A stretch of 40,693 bases of DNA from an uncultured bacterium (GTDB lineage Bacteria; Patescibacteriota; Minisyncoccia; Phycocordibacterales; DATDWN01), in assembly GCA_903861205.1 (NCBI GenBank), contig CAIOTC010000022.1:66025-106717 (forward strand), read 5' to 3'. Below are positions 1-9,715 of the stretch, one piece after another. The number at the start of each line of letters is the position of its first letter. Position 1 is the stretch's first letter. The position numbers and the translations under genes are program-made. Below the pieces are notes generated by a model that saw only the letters and a list, made by a program, of their open reading frames with translations, was not told the origin of the DNA and did no database searches.

Positions 1-234
1 CAATCCGCCACATCCATGGATCGCCTCCAGCAAGTTTTCAATCTGACCGACGAGGAAAAATATTTACTCATCGAGTCCGACGTGGGGGAGGGAATTTTCT
101 TTGCCGGACTGAAACACGTGGCTATCAAAATCATCGCCAGCTACACCGAGGATCAGATTATTACCTCCGATCCATCGCAAATTCTCTCCATCAAAAAAGC
201 AAAATCTGAACTAGAACAAAGCGGACAAAATTAA
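1..234 (+). CDS. C-terminal end of a VirB4/TraC-like (DUF87-type) ATPase, 5' truncated by the window edge
   Basis: Frame is open from base 1 (QSATSMDRLQQVFNLTDEEKYLL..GEGIFFAG..HVAIKIIAS..EDQIITSDP), the typical C-terminal pattern of VirB4-like ATPases. Confidence 0.7.
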   Translation, partial: QSATSMDRLQQVFNLTDEEKYLLIESDVGEGIFFAGLKHVAIKIIASYTEDQIITSDPSQILSIKKAKSELEQSGQN

Positions 235-359
235 AATCTCTTTCGATCCAACACTTTTCCATCGCCAGAATATTTTTCTGCTGAAAAATTTCTTCCTCCT
301 CGCCTCTTCACGGGCTCCGGAACGCGCCGAAAAAGTGTTGTCTCGACGAGATTTTAATT
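229..359. repeat. Long-hairpin intergenic element, copy 1
   Basis: Arms aattaaaatctc-tttcga-tc-caacacttttc / gaaaaagtgttg-tc-tcgac-gagattttaatt; internal TTTTCTGCTGAAAA at 274-287. Confidence 0.7.
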
Positions 360-381
360 TTGTTTACTGTATAATGGAAAT

Positions 382-1167
382 ATGTCGGAGACACCAAAAA
401 AATCAAACATCAGCAAAAGCGTGTGGATATTTCTCATCTGCGTGGCGCTTTTTTTTGATGTGCTTGAAGCTGTGTTTGTAGAAACCATTATAGGTGGAAC
501 ACTTATCGACATCTTCGCTTTTGCTACATTTGCATTGATATTCAAAATGAATGGAGAAAAATATTCCAAAAAAACTTTCTTCGGAGGTTTTATTATTGGT
601 TTTATTCCAATTCTAAACATGCTTCCGGAGTGTACCGCCTCAATCGTGATGCTTTACCTCGACGCCAAAGCCAAAAATGCCTTAGCCAAAGTTCCCGGAG
701 GACAATTGGCAGCCCAAGCCGGTATTCAAGGTCATATAGCCAGAAACACAACTATCGTAAATGGTGAGATGAGAAACAAATCTGATATGGGAAATAGAAA
801 TGCCAAACCTGCTTTCAGTAGATTTCAAGATGCTCCGACAGGTGCGCGGGGAACACCGACGCAAAAAGATAATATAGCACCGATAAATTCAAAAGAAAAT
901 ATCTCTTCTGGTGGATATGACAGGTGGAACAAAGAACAACATGAGAAAATGGGATTGACCCAAGGAATGCCAGGATCCCGTTTTGGTGGAGGAGACCCAT
1001 TTCATAGTGATAGCGGAGGTGTTAATAAAAACCATGATTTTACCGGTGGCGGAGAAAAAGTTGTTATGCTAACTCGCAGTTCCAAAAAACCTAAAAGTTA
1101 TGAGGATGTGCGTGAAGAAGAACGAAAACATTACGAAGAATGGAATTCCAAGAAAAAAGCTGCCTGA
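382..1167 (+). CDS. Hypothetical membrane protein (N-terminal TM helices, disordered G/K-rich tail)
   Basis: 261-aa ORF with hydrophobic N-terminal third. Confidence 0.75.
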   Translation: MSETPKKSNISKSVWIFLICVALFFDVLEAVFVETIIGGTLIDIFAFATFALIFKMNGEKYSKKTFFGGFIIGFIPILNMLPECTASIVMLYLDAKAKNALAKVPGGQLAAQAGIQGHIARNTTIVNGEMRNKSDMGNRNAKPAFSRFQDAPTGARGTPTQKDNIAPINSKENISSGGYDRWNKEQHEKMGLTQGMPGSRFGGGDPFHSDSGGVNKNHDFTGGGEKVVMLTRSSKKPKSYEDVREEERKHYEEWNSKKKAA

Positions 1168-1182
1168 CCATATACTAAAAAT

Positions 1183-1293
1183 TTATTTTGATATACCAAG
1201 GTCGCGGCAGATTTTTTTACACAAAAAATCGTCAATTTCATTGTGACGGGGTATGGTGGACATCTGATTATTTTTTACATTTCTAAATATAGT
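1183..1293 (-). pseudogene. hicA: HicA toxin C-terminal remnant
   Basis: Minus strand reads TIFRNVKNNQMSTIPRHNEIDDFLCKKICRDLGISK*, the C-terminal half of HicA; the N-terminal half is absent. Confidence 0.7.
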
Positions 1294-1468
1294 ATCGGGA
1301 AAAATCACGATTTGTTTCAAGAATAAGAGAAAGGGCTTCTCGTAAATTTTCACGGGCTTCTTTTATGGTTTTACCTTGGGTATTCACTCCGGGAATTTCC
1401 TCTACCCAGGCCACAATCCATTTTTTAGTTTTCTTATATACAGCCGTAAATTGATTTTTTGTAGTCAT
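1283..1468 (-). CDS. hicB: HicB-family antitoxin (short, probably C-terminally truncated)
   Basis: VAWVEEIPGVNTQGKTIKEARENLREAL is the HicB signature. Confidence 0.8.
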   Translation of the reverse strand: MTTKNQFTAVYKKTKKWIVAWVEEIPGVNTQGKTIKEARENLREALSLILETNRDFSRYYI

Positions 1469-1567
1469 AGGGCAATTATATCAAATATTGATGATAAAAC
1501 AATGATGCTTTTACTTTCTGTGTATAAACGCACATTGAATTTGTCTTTATATGTTACAATTATTGTA

Positions 1568-2572
1568 ATGAAAAAGTTTCTTTTATTTTCATTTGTTTTT
1601 ATATTTTTACTTGTTCCAACCGGTTTTATTTTTGGGCAATTCAACACTCCGATGCAGACGCAGGTGGATCTGTCGCTTAGTCCGGAAACGCCGGGCGCAA
1701 ACCAATATGTGACCGCCACAGCCGACAGCTATGGCACAGATTTGAACGCGGCCAGTTTTTCCTGGTATATAAACGGCAAACTGATAAAATCCGGCAAGGG
1801 TTTAAAAACTTTTTCCTTCACCACCGGCGCGACAAACACCTCCACCGTTTTAGGATTGAACATCACAACCCAGGAAGGCGAGCGAGTAACCAAAACCATC
1901 ACCCTCAAACCGTCCGAAGTTGACCTGATCTGGCAATCCTACGGCTATGTTCCGCCATTTTACAAAGGCAAAACCCTTTTCAGCCACCAAGACATGATCC
2001 AATTCATCGCCATTCCGCATATTATCGGAACAAACGGCGTCGAAATTCCGGCCGGCAATTTGATTTACAAATGGACACGCAACGGCACCATCCTCGGCGA
2101 CTTTTCCGGCTACGGCAAAAACACCTACACTATGATTTCGTCTGTCATCTCGCGACCACTCCTGATCGACGTCGAGGTCACATCGCCAACCACGGACGAC
2201 ATGGCGCAGGCTAGCACGGTCGCCACACCGATCGAGCCAAGCGTCGTTTTCTACGAAAAAAATCCACTTTACGGAATCCAATTCCAAAAAGCTTTGACTG
2301 GCTCTGTGGCCATGTCAGACGCCAAAGAAATAAATGTTTTGGCCGAGCCTTTCTATTTCGGAGTTAATTATCTTTCCGATCCGTCGCTTTCATACAAATG
2401 GAATATAAACAATTCGCAGATTGACAGCGACACCACCAAAACAAATCGTATCTTCAGACCGGTGGGGGGAACAGCGGGCACATCCTACATTTCTTTGTCC
2501 ATCGAAAATGCAAACAAAATGTTGCAGTACGCCAACAACGGTTTCAATTTGAATTTTAATAATACGAAATAA
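1568..2572 (+). CDS. Secreted beta-rich (Ig-like) protein
   Basis: Signal peptide MKKFLLFSFVF..; repeated F/Y-x-W-x-x-N motifs; start moved to ATG 1568. Confidence 0.7.
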   Translation: MKKFLLFSFVFIFLLVPTGFIFGQFNTPMQTQVDLSLSPETPGANQYVTATADSYGTDLNAASFSWYINGKLIKSGKGLKTFSFTTGATNTSTVLGLNITTQEGERVTKTITLKPSEVDLIWQSYGYVPPFYKGKTLFSHQDMIQFIAIPHIIGTNGVEIPAGNLIYKWTRNGTILGDFSGYGKNTYTMISSVISRPLLIDVEVTSPTTDDMAQASTVATPIEPSVVFYEKNPLYGIQFQKALTGSVAMSDAKEINVLAEPFYFGVNYLSDPSLSYKWNINNSQIDSDTTKTNRIFRPVGGTAGTSYISLSIENANKMLQYANNGFNLNFNNTK

Positions 2573-2602
2573 CGAATGGGTCTACGAATGGCTACGAATA
2601 AA

Positions 2603-3571
2603 ATGCAAAAATTCAGTAAAATTTTTATAAAAATAACAATCGCACTAACATTGATGTTCGCTGTTTTTAGTTTTGCTTATGCCCTTGATGACTACACTGT
2701 TTTAACACCTTTGCCGGGAACAACAAGTTGTCCGGATGGATCAACACCAACCGCAGTTACAATAAACCAAACAACTGGCAAAGTTGAAGGTGGATGTCAA
2801 ACAACATTTCAAAAATATCTACCAGCGTTTTTCAACCTAACCATCGGCATAGCGGCTGTTTTGGCTTTCATTATGATTACGTGGGGAGGAATAGAATACA
2901 TGACCACTGACGCCATATTCGGCAAATCCAGTGGTAAGGAAAGAATCACAAACGCCATTTGGGGACTTCTTCTCGTTATCGCCTCGTGGGTTATTTTGAA
3001 CACCATCAATCCAAATCTTTTGAATTTTTCGTTGATTTTGGAAACACCTAAAACGCAGGGACAATCTGCCGCTGATTTGGCGGTAATTCTCGGTGGTGAT
3101 TTATCTGCGGGAACAGGAAAAATATTGCCCGGATACACGTTGACTGATGCTCAAGTCAAAACTAATACAGCTATGATAAACGATTTAAAAAATAATTATG
3201 GAATCAATGTTAACGCCGGACCTTGTACAAATGGAGAAACCAGTGGTTGCACCGATTTGGTTGGTATGCCGGCATCAACATATGACGGTCTTAAAGCTCT
3301 TCGCACTGCCTGCGGCGCCATATGCGGTATAATGATATCAGGAGGAACAGAGGGTGGTCACGCTTCGCATGGTCCAAATCAGCCCCCGATAGATCTAAGA
3401 CCTGATTTTAATCCAATTGGGTTGGACGGCTACATACTTGCGCATCAGATTAGCGCCCCGCAAGTTATCCCAGGAGTTGGAACTGTTTATACAGTTAAAG
3501 TTGGTGATATAAATTCCACTTTCTTGAGAGAAGGGGATCATTGGCATGTGGTATTTGGAACAAAACCATAA
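2603..3571 (+). CDS. CPR-type (VirB2/TrbC-like) pilin domain fused to a putative zinc peptidase (M15/LAS-like) domain
   Basis: Two TM helices with GG..YMT..GK..I.NAIWGLLL....VILNTINP pilin pattern; C-terminal GGTEGGHASH..IDLR..EGDHWHV. Confidence 0.6.
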   Translation: MQKFSKIFIKITIALTLMFAVFSFAYALDDYTVLTPLPGTTSCPDGSTPTAVTINQTTGKVEGGCQTTFQKYLPAFFNLTIGIAAVLAFIMITWGGIEYMTTDAIFGKSSGKERITNAIWGLLLVIASWVILNTINPNLLNFSLILETPKTQGQSAADLAVILGGDLSAGTGKILPGYTLTDAQVKTNTAMINDLKNNYGINVNAGPCTNGETSGCTDLVGMPASTYDGLKALRTACGAICGIMISGGTEGGHASHGPNQPPIDLRPDFNPIGLDGYILAHQISAPQVIPGVGTVYTVKVGDINSTFLREGDHWHVVFGTKP

Positions 3572-3576
3572 ATAAT

Positions 3577-4797
3577 ATGTCTCGAAAAATTTTCATTATT
3601 ATAGCAATCGTTCTGGTCATCTTTATTTTTGCGCTGGTCGCTTATTATTTCCTGGCAGTTTCAAATGGTAACAATCCGGCGGGTGATATGCTTGGCTTCA
3701 AACAATTCTTTCCGTTTGGCGGCACAGCACCAGTGAGCACAACTACACCAGCGAACAACGCAACATCGACCCAGCCTATCGTGCCAGCCCAAAATTATAT
3801 TCAAAAACTACGCAAAATATGGGCTGAACCGGTTGCCGGCGCGGGGCTCTTGGATGTTAAAGCCGGCACAGTCGTCCGCCATGTTGAGGTGGCCACCGGA
3901 CATATTTACGAAACCGAACTTTTTTCGCCAGTCCAGAATCGCATTTCCAACACCACCATGCCACTCGTCTACAACGCCGTCTGGGGCAACAAAAACAAAT
4001 CTTTCATCGCGCAATATTTGGCTGACGACAACGAGACTATCAACACATATGTCCTGTCTGTCAAAGACACGGCCACCAGCACCCAAAATCCCGTCTCTGG
4101 TTATGTTTTGGCCAACGACATCGAACAAACTTCGGTTCTCGGCAACACCATGTTCTATTTGGAGCAAACTAGCGCAGGGACGCAAGGATTTATTTCGGGC
4201 CTAGATGGCTTGAAACGAAAGCAAATTTGGAATTCACCGCTCAAAGAACTCTTACCACAATTGGTGAGCGACACCACCGTCACCCTGACCACCAAACCGC
4301 ACCAAAACGTTCCGGGATTTATGTATTCGGTCAGCGCCAACACTGGCGCAGTCAAAAAAATCCTCGGCAACATCGGCGGATTGTCCGCTTTGATGTCGCC
4401 TGACGCTTCCAAAGTTTTGTATTCATCACAAAATTTTGACTCACAAATGTTTTTGTACAGCACCAAAGATAGGACTTCAAAAAATCTGACACCGGCCACT
4501 TTCCCGGAGAAATGCGTTTGGAGCAAAAAAGACGCTAACATTGTTTATTGCGCCGTGCCACGAGAATATTTGGACGGAAGCAGTTTGGATTCGTGGTATA
4601 TGGGAATGATTTCTTTCACCGACGACATTTGGAAATATGATTTGAAACAAAACACTTCAAGTATTGTTGGCAACCTGATGAACGAAAGTGGGGAAGCGAT
4701 TGACGCAATCAAACCACTCCTCTCCGACAGTGAACAATACTTTGTATTCATCAACAAACGCGATGGCTCTCTCTGGAGCTTGGATTTAAGTAAATAA
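3577..4797 (+). CDS. Membrane-anchored beta-propeller-like protein
   Basis: N-terminal TM helix, T/P-rich linker, SPDASKVLYS and DGSLWSLDL blade-like motifs. Confidence 0.65.
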   Translation: MSRKIFIIIAIVLVIFIFALVAYYFLAVSNGNNPAGDMLGFKQFFPFGGTAPVSTTTPANNATSTQPIVPAQNYIQKLRKIWAEPVAGAGLLDVKAGTVVRHVEVATGHIYETELFSPVQNRISNTTMPLVYNAVWGNKNKSFIAQYLADDNETINTYVLSVKDTATSTQNPVSGYVLANDIEQTSVLGNTMFYLEQTSAGTQGFISGLDGLKRKQIWNSPLKELLPQLVSDTTVTLTTKPHQNVPGFMYSVSANTGAVKKILGNIGGLSALMSPDASKVLYSSQNFDSQMFLYSTKDRTSKNLTPATFPEKCVWSKKDANIVYCAVPREYLDGSSLDSWYMGMISFTDDIWKYDLKQNTSSIVGNLMNESGEAIDAIKPLLSDSEQYFVFINKRDGSLWSLDLSK

Positions 4798-4808
4798 AAA
4801 ACTTAGAA

Positions 4809-4991
4809 TTTGAAATTTCTTACGACCCGCCACTTTTCCGTCACCAGAATAATTTTCTGCTGAAAATTTTCTTCCTGCTCGACAATCTAAGAAAACAATC
4901 TTCTCGGCGTGTGCCCCGCACGCCTGCGTCGTTGTTTTCTAAATTGTCTGCGCAATGTGCCGGAAAAGTGACGGGTCGACGAAATTTCAAA
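4809..4991. repeat. Long-hairpin intergenic element, copy 2
   Basis: ~31-bp arms tttgaaatttcttacgacccgccacttttccg / cggaaaagtgacgggtcgacgaaatttcaaa, nested inner stem, TTTTCTGCTGAAAA at 4853-4866. Confidence 0.8.
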
Positions 4992-5042
4992 AAAACTTGA
5001 CTTTTACACATGACATGGTGTACAGTATAAGTAGAGGTGTTT

Positions 5043-5348
5043 ATGCCTGACGGTTCGGAAATAAAAGTAAATTTGCAAGTCGACGGCAAAGAACTCACTG
5101 TGTATGTACACAGCAGTTTCTACGAAACAAGCAAAAGGGGGCGTTGCAAGTATTGTTCAAAGTCGAGTAAATTCAAGGCTTCCGTTGTAATCGACAGTAT
5201 CTACAATGAATACAGTGGACAGGTCAACAAACGGACAGTGATGTTCAACAAAACTAAACTTGCTATTGAGAAGATGATGTTGAACGGAGTTTCTTTTTGC
5301 GGCAGAGACGCTTGCATCGATAAGCACTTTGCCGCTCGCAAGGAATAA
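5043..5348 (+). CDS. Small orphan protein with CxxC and C-terminal Cys residues
   Basis: TTGACT-N18-TACAGT promoter-like site (4997-5026), GAGGT RBS, ATG 5043, hairpin plus T-run at ~5370-5404. Confidence 0.6.
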   Translation: MPDGSEIKVNLQVDGKELTVYVHSSFYETSKRGRCKYCSKSSKFKASVVIDSIYNEYSGQVNKRTVMFNKTKLAIEKMMLNGVSFCGRDACIDKHFAARKE

Positions 5349-5415
5349 CAGAAGCAACACCGCTGACAGGAGCCATTGGCACTGCCAGCGGCTTTTTTTG
5401 TTTTAAATCACCACT

Positions 5416-5655
5416 AACAAAATCTTGCCGGATAAATTGTTTTTCAGAGACATTGCACAGGAAATTAGAAAACAACGACGAAGATAAAAGAAGCCCAAAG
5501 CAGCGACCCTGCGCAGCAAGGGCGGCGCCCTAGGACGCCGTTTGCGAAAGGGCTCTGTATCGAGGACGATTGTTTTCTTGATTTCCGAGCATAGCAAAAC
5601 GTTAGCAGACTTTTATGCGTGTCTCTGAAAAATAATTTGTTGGCGAGATTTTGTT
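5416..5655. repeat. Long-hairpin intergenic element, copy 3 (inverted relative to copy 2)
   Basis: ~36-bp arms aacaaaatcttgcc..tttcagagaca / tgtctctgaaa..ggcgagattttgtt; inner tagaaaacaacgacg is the reverse complement of a segment in copy 2. Confidence 0.75.
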
Positions 5656-5662
5656 GTAACCT

Positions 5663-6409
5663 TTACACCACAATCGGAGGAGTTTTGTGGTATTTTTTCT
5701 TGATGTAAATTTCCTGGGCTATGGAGAAAATGTTGCTGGTGATCCAGTAGAGCGCCAGTGCGGCCGAGATGCTGTAAGCGATATAAGCCACAAGAACCGG
5801 AAAAATGTATTTCATTTGCGATGTCATATTTTTCATTATTTCCTGCTGCATGCCTCCACCGGTTTGTCCAGCCGGTCCGCTATTTTGAGACTTTGTGGCC
5901 AAATCCATCTGGAAATACGTGGTTATGCCGGCGATAAGAGCTAAAACAACACTTTTACCGGCAATATTGATGATATTGAGGAACATCATATTTACGGAAG
6001 CCGGCGCCGAAACAAAATGATACAAAAGTGCGCTATTTATTTTTGGTAAACCGGAAGTCAGAAAAACCCTATACAAACCTATGATAATCGGCAGTTGAAT
6101 AAGCAAAACGAATATGCCGGCAAATGGATTAATGCCTTTTTCTTTGTAATAATCGATGGTTTGACGTGACTGTTCCTCTTTGTTATCTTTGTATTTTTCC
6201 TTTATAACCGCTAAATCTTTTTCGGCACTTTTCATCTGAATCTGAGCTTTTGAGGCTTTGATGGACAGAGGAAGGAGAATGATTTTGATAATAATGGTAA
6301 ATATAATAACAATCACCCCGGCGTCGAGGTAAGGAAAAAGATTAATTAAAAAAACAAAACAGTTGTAGAGCGGTTGAGATATGAGTATGTGAAATATGTT
6401 GGTAATCAT
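5663..6409 (-). CDS. yidC: Membrane protein insertase YidC
   Basis: IIIKIILLPL, YKEKGINPF, LIQLPI, LYWITSNIFSIAQ motifs; synteny with rnpA-rpmH. Confidence 0.95.
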   Translation of the reverse strand: MITNIFHILISQPLYNCFVFLINLFPYLDAGVIVIIFTIIIKIILLPLSIKASKAQIQMKSAEKDLAVIKEKYKDNKEEQSRQTIDYYKEKGINPFAGIFVLLIQLPIIIGLYRVFLTSGLPKINSALLYHFVSAPASVNMMFLNIINIAGKSVVLALIAGITTYFQMDLATKSQNSGPAGQTGGGMQQEIMKNMTSQMKYIFPVLVAYIAYSISAALALYWITSNIFSIAQEIYIKKKYHKTPPIVV

Positions 6410-6732
6410 TTCAGTATATTAGCACAAATTTCCTTTTCTAGCTCGGAGAAAGGAATGGGGTAGGAGCCTTTTTTGAAGGTAAAAATGTAAAAATATCCGG
6501 GATTGATTTGTTTTAGATATTTTGAAACGACAGAATAACCTTGACGACGCAGACGATTGCGATCCACGGCCTTTTTGCAGACTTTTTTTGAGACGGAGAA
6601 AGCAAATCGACTAGGTGATAGTTCGTCCATTTTCATCACTCGTACTATAAGATGAGGAGTAACAGAAGATCTTCCACCGGAAAAAACCTTAAAAAATAAG
6701 GCTTTTTGTATTCTTCTAGATTTAGGCAACAT
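6406..6732 (-). CDS. rnpA: Ribonuclease P protein component
   Basis: RFAFSVSKKV.KKAVDRNRLRR (RNR motif). Confidence 0.95.
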   Translation of the reverse strand: MLPKSRRIQKALFFKVFSGGRSSVTPHLIVRVMKMDELSPSRFAFSVSKKVCKKAVDRNRLRRQGYSVVSKYLKQINPGYFYIFTFKKGSYPIPFSELEKEICANILK

Positions 6733-6734
6733 AT

Positions 6735-6872
6735 TTAGACAGTTGAGAGTTTAGCTCGTCCTTTTCGACGTCGGCGGAGAATAGTGTTCCGACCGGTCTT
6801 GGATTTACTGCGAACCAGAAATCCGTGCGATTTAGCTCTTTTTCTTTTCTTTGGTTTGTATGTGAATGACAT
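6735..6872 (-). CDS. rpmH: 50S ribosomal protein L34 (not in ORF track)
   Basis: Manual translation MSFTYKPKKRKRAKSHGFLVRSKSKTGRNTILRRRRKGRAKLSTV. Confidence 0.95.
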   Translation of the reverse strand: MSFTYKPKKRKRAKSHGFLVRSKSKTGRNTILRRRRKGRAKLSTV

Positions 6873-6976
6873 GTATTTTGTAATTTAAGTTATAAACAGA
6901 TTATACACATATTATTAACATATTCGACGCTTTTAAACAAGTATTATAATTTTTTATTCCATATATAATGTAGACC

Positions 6977-8317
6977 ATGGACAATAAAAAATTATGGGAC
7001 AGTGTTTTAGTGGAGATGGAACTGACTTTGTCCAAGCCAAATTTCAACACATGGTTCAAAGATACTTACGTTTTGAAACAAGAAGACGGCGCTGTTTTTG
7101 TCGGTGTGCCGAACACTTTTGTCCAAGACTGGCTTTCAAATAAATTCCACAATGTTATTTTGAAATCTCTGAGAAATTTATCACAAACAGTGCTTTCTCT
7201 CCATTATGTTATTTCCAAAGAAGATTTAAAAATAAAACAACAAGTGATTCCGCAAAATATCCAGATCAACAAAGAATTGCCAATTCAAGATTTTTACATA
7301 AACAAAGAAGATAATCTCAACCCGCGCTATACTTTTGAAACTTTTATTGTCGGCCCATTCAATGAATTCGCTTACGCCGCTTCCCAAGCCATCATCAAAA
7401 AACCGGGAATAGTTTACAATCCACTTTTTGTTTATGGTGGCACTGGCCACGGCAAAACACATCTAATACAAGCGGTGGGAAATTACATCAAAAGCAATAG
7501 CGCCAAAAAAGTTTTTTACACCACTTCGGAAAAATTTGCACAGGAATTCATCAATGCTCTGCAATTAAACAAGCCTAATTTTTTCAAGGAAAAATACAGA
7601 AAATATGATGTTTTAATTATGGACGACATCCAATTTTTCTCAGGCAAAATGAAAGTTCAGGAGGAATTGTTTCATTTATTTAACCATCTTTTTGACAATA
7701 ATAAACAGATTATTTTTTCATCCGATAAACACCCATCTCTTATAAATGATTTGGAGGAACGCCTCAAATCGCGCTTTAGCGCCGGTATGACCGTGGATAT
7801 TCCCGCGCCGGATAATGAATCGCGTGCCGCCATTATTCGCACTAAAACTAGCACTCACCCATACCCGATTTCCAAAGAAATCGTTGATTATTTGGCTTAT
7901 TCTGTCACCGGCAATATTCGCGAACTCGAAGGGGTGATAAATTCCATTCTTTGCCAATCTCAAATGAAAGAAAGGGAATTAACACTCTCTGAAGTGAAAA
8001 ATTTTGTTAAAAATAATTCCAAACCGAAAAAATTAATTTCCACAAAGGAAGTGGTTAAAACCGTGGCTGAATTTTACAATATCGAAGAACAATTGATTTA
8101 TGACAAGACGCGCAAGAAAGAAATTATTAAACCTCGCCAAATAATTATGTATATTTTGCGGGAAGATTTTAATATTTCCTATCCGGCGATAGGGGAGAAG
8201 CTTGGTGGTAGAGATCACACTACAGTCATGCATTCGTGCGAGAAAATAAAAAATGATATAAAAATGGATGAAATTCTGACGCAGGAAATAAATCAGCTTC
8301 GATCAATATTTGTGTAA
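6977..8317 (+). CDS. dnaA: Chromosomal replication initiator DnaA
   Basis: YNPLFVYGGTGHGKTHL, DDIQF, RLKSRF, GGRDHTTVMH. Confidence 0.99.
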   Translation: MDNKKLWDSVLVEMELTLSKPNFNTWFKDTYVLKQEDGAVFVGVPNTFVQDWLSNKFHNVILKSLRNLSQTVLSLHYVISKEDLKIKQQVIPQNIQINKELPIQDFYINKEDNLNPRYTFETFIVGPFNEFAYAASQAIIKKPGIVYNPLFVYGGTGHGKTHLIQAVGNYIKSNSAKKVFYTTSEKFAQEFINALQLNKPNFFKEKYRKYDVLIMDDIQFFSGKMKVQEELFHLFNHLFDNNKQIIFSSDKHPSLINDLEERLKSRFSAGMTVDIPAPDNESRAAIIRTKTSTHPYPISKEIVDYLAYSVTGNIRELEGVINSILCQSQMKERELTLSEVKNFVKNNSKPKKLISTKEVVKTVAEFYNIEEQLIYDKTRKKEIIKPRQIIMYILREDFNISYPAIGEKLGGRDHTTVMHSCEKIKNDIKMDEILTQEINQLRSIFV

Positions 8318-8526
8318 AAGTATGTGGATAAAATGTTTATATGAAGTTCTTATGAAGTGTATAAATAAATTCTGTAAAAATTTAAATTTATTTGTAAACA
8401 TTTTTCATAAATTTATCCACAAAGAAAATAGTATTAAATTGGCTTAAAATAAAGATTAAATTCAGTTATCCAGTTGTAAACAGCCCTAATAGTAATAAAG
8501 CATTTAAAAGAATAAAATTAACTATT
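8318..8526. promoter_or_regulatory. Probable oriC
   Basis: AT-rich dnaA-dnaN spacer with perfect DnaA boxes TGTGGATAA (8323-8331) and TTATCCACA (8413-8421); near-box TTATACACA at 6901-6909 upstream of dnaA. Confidence 0.8.
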
Positions 8527-9627
8527 ATGAATATAGAATGCATAAAAGAAAAATTAGGCGCCGCACTTTCCAAAGTTGAAAAAATTACCGGAAAAAATAT
8601 TTCTCTACCGATTCTTTCTTGTGTTCTTTTGGAAGCAAAGGATTCAACTTTAACTATCAAAGCGACAAATTTAGATTTAGGAATCGAAATAAAACTTCCA
8701 GTCAAGGTGATAAAACCGGGAGTAGTGGCTGTTTCTGGCGGAGTTCTTAATAATTTTATTGGAAGTCTGCAAAACGACAAAAATATTTCTCTGGAAGTTG
8801 TGGATGGAAATTTAAAAGTAAAGACTGAACACTCTCAAGCGCTAATAAAAACTTTTCCAATCGATGATTTTCCCGGAATTCCAAAAATAAATGACGGTAT
8901 TTCTTTCACTTTTAATATTTCAGATTTGATCAAAAGTTTCAAATCAGTAATATATAGCGCTTCAATTTCAACAATACGACCAACATTATCGAGCGTTTTG
9001 ATTTATTCCGAGGAAGATTCGATTGTTTGTGTAGCCACCGACTCATTCCGTTTAGCTGAAAAAAGAGCTAAAGTGAAAAAACACAAGGATTTTAATCAAA
9101 TTTTAATTCCAGTTAAAAATATTCCAGAAATAATTCGCACATTTGAGGATATTAAAGATGATGTGACTGTTTTTCTAAATCAAAATCAAATCGCTTTTGT
9201 TTATGAAAATATTTACCTAACATCACGAGTTATTGATGGCACTTTTCCAGATTACAAACAAATTATTCCAAAAGAAGTCAAAACGGAAGTTGTTGTTTTG
9301 AAACAAGATTTTATTACCGCCCTTAAAATTTCCAATATTTTTTCCGATAAATTCAGTCAGGTGGTTTTCAATATTTCTCCGAAAAATAAAACTTTTTCCA
9401 TGACAACTAGAAATATGGATATTGGTGAGAATATTCACAAACTTGACGCTGTTTTGAAAGGGGATGATTTGAATATTAGTTTTAATTTTAAATATATTGT
9501 TGATTGTTTCCAATCAATGGATAGCGATAGTGTCTCTTTATATTTTTGCGACACAAATAGGCCGATGGTGATGACACCAGTGGGTGATAAAAGTTTCCTT
9601 TATCTAGTTATGCCGATGAATAAGTAA
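8527..9627 (+). CDS. dnaN: DNA polymerase III beta clamp
   Basis: ATNLDLGI, VATDSFRLAE, FPDYKQIIP, YLVMPM. Confidence 0.98.
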   Translation: MNIECIKEKLGAALSKVEKITGKNISLPILSCVLLEAKDSTLTIKATNLDLGIEIKLPVKVIKPGVVAVSGGVLNNFIGSLQNDKNISLEVVDGNLKVKTEHSQALIKTFPIDDFPGIPKINDGISFTFNISDLIKSFKSVIYSASISTIRPTLSSVLIYSEEDSIVCVATDSFRLAEKRAKVKKHKDFNQILIPVKNIPEIIRTFEDIKDDVTVFLNQNQIAFVYENIYLTSRVIDGTFPDYKQIIPKEVKTEVVVLKQDFITALKISNIFSDKFSQVVFNISPKNKTFSMTTRNMDIGENIHKLDAVLKGDDLNISFNFKYIVDCFQSMDSDSVSLYFCDTNRPMVMTPVGDKSFLYLVMPMNK

Positions 9628-9715
9628 AAAGAAGTTGAATAAGTTTAAAAAGTTGAATAAGTAAATACAGAAAACTTATTAAACTAAAGCGAAGCGTAAC
9701 TTATTAAACTAAACT

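Noticed and set aside
2563-2600. CRISPR-like array
   Set aside because: Units are 7-11 nt with no unique spacers and no cas genes; the same applies to 9619-9715 and 18637-18681
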